Positions 63,283-64,000 of a stretch of DNA of 64,000 nt are shown one piece after another. The notes beneath the pieces were generated by a model. That model saw nothing but the letters and a program-made list of their open reading frames with translations, did not search any database and had not been told where the DNA came from. This stretch comes from Candidatus Bathyarchaeota archaeon (GTDB lineage: Archaea; Thermoproteota; Bathyarchaeia; Bathyarchaeales; Bathycorpusculaceae). Each line of letters opens with the position of its first letter. Positions within the stretch are counted from its first letter, which is position 1. The stretch is from NCBI GenBank assembly GCA_963815095.1, contig CAWFFH010000006.1, positions 32,001 to 96,000 of the forward strand, written 5' to 3'. The translations under genes and the position numbers were made by a program.

Positions 63283-63411
63283 TAGCCTTCGGAATTAACC
63301 TGGTAAATTTAGAAGGCATCGAAAAACCACTAACTTAGCAACTAGATAGACCTCGCGAGCGCTTTTTCAGCGATTTGGTGTATACACTCGCTATTGTCAA
63401 GTCATGAAATG

Positions 63412-64000
63412 TTAGGAAATTGGTGGGGCAAATGATGAAGTGATGTTTGTGGTTAGGACAGCAGACGGAACCATTTCGAGTGGACCCAAAAATGAAATAC
63501 ACCTTTCGTCAAAGTCGTTGAATTTGGTATTAAGAAAATTTATAATTTCCTTTTGTTTTGTGCTATCGTGCAGATGGACATCTAGTTTGTTTGCAATTTC
63601 ATTTACTCCTGTTGCATCGATACTAAATTTTATCATGACTCCAGTCAAAGCGTCTTGAACAGCATATAAGCGAGAAAGAGGAAATTTGGCGGTTTCAAAA
63701 ACTATTCCATCATAGTACCGCATCATATCTCGGTAGGTATTGAGTTTTATTGTGGTTGCATTGTTAGTAAAAATTAGATGCAGGATATAGACTGGTCGAG
63801 GTAAGCTCCTGCAAATTCGTCAGCGTTGGCAGCCTTTTCTCTAAGAAGGGCAATATGATTATCGGTAGCTTGATTGTATTCATATACTGCTATTGCGGAA
63901 CTTGCAATTAAGAGAGTTACAAGTAGAAAAGCAACTGGTTTTAGACCTATCTTGAAGCGTTTATGTCCTTTCTCTTTTGCCTCTTTTTTGGGTGATGCAT
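63412..64000 (-). pseudogene. Membrane-anchored hypothetical gene split by a frameshift near 63775-63790 (5' end outside window)
   Basis: Upstream frame (...KPVAFLLVTLLIASSAIAVYEY...SCI*) stops where a second open frame (LIFTNNATTIKLNTYRDMMRYY...) begins. Confidence 0.5.

Overview
64-kb archaeal chromosomal segment. The archaeal-type LeuRS, ApgM, TATA/BRE promoters, GGTGA ribosome-binding sites and many NosD/CASH surface proteins fit Bathyarchaeia best (taxonomy is inference). Recognisable genes include leuS, apgM, two amt paralogs bracketing a nitrogen/redox cluster (NapH/NosR-like, NosD-like, Isf, hcp), a 2-oxoacid:ferredoxin oxidoreductase, nrdR-nrdD-nrdG with tandem NrdR boxes, and tRNA-Ser(GCT). 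There are two accessory zones. One (about 32.2-41.5 kb) lies 3' of tRNA-Ser and is punctuated by progressively decayed tRNA-end/att copies. The other (about 54-64 kb) holds a frameshifted AbiE-like toxin-antitoxin pair, gene fragments, direct repeats and surface proteins. The best novelty candidate is at 8.2-11.0 kb: an unannotated 17-aa peptide gene (MKKATKKEMRKPVVFAW, strong RBS, C-terminal Trp) sits between an MFS gene and a polyprenyl-synthase homolog that keeps FARM but has lost SARM and IPP-binding motifs, with a small wHTH gene nearby. This resembles an archaeal ComQ/ComX-like Trp-prenylated peptide system. Also notable are a 28-aa CX3D/E peptide near a radical SAM/SPASM gene and a GTCAA-N6-TTGAC palindrome at fixed distance from the TATA boxes of secreted-protein genes. 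All family calls come from motif recognition by eye; no database searches were run.
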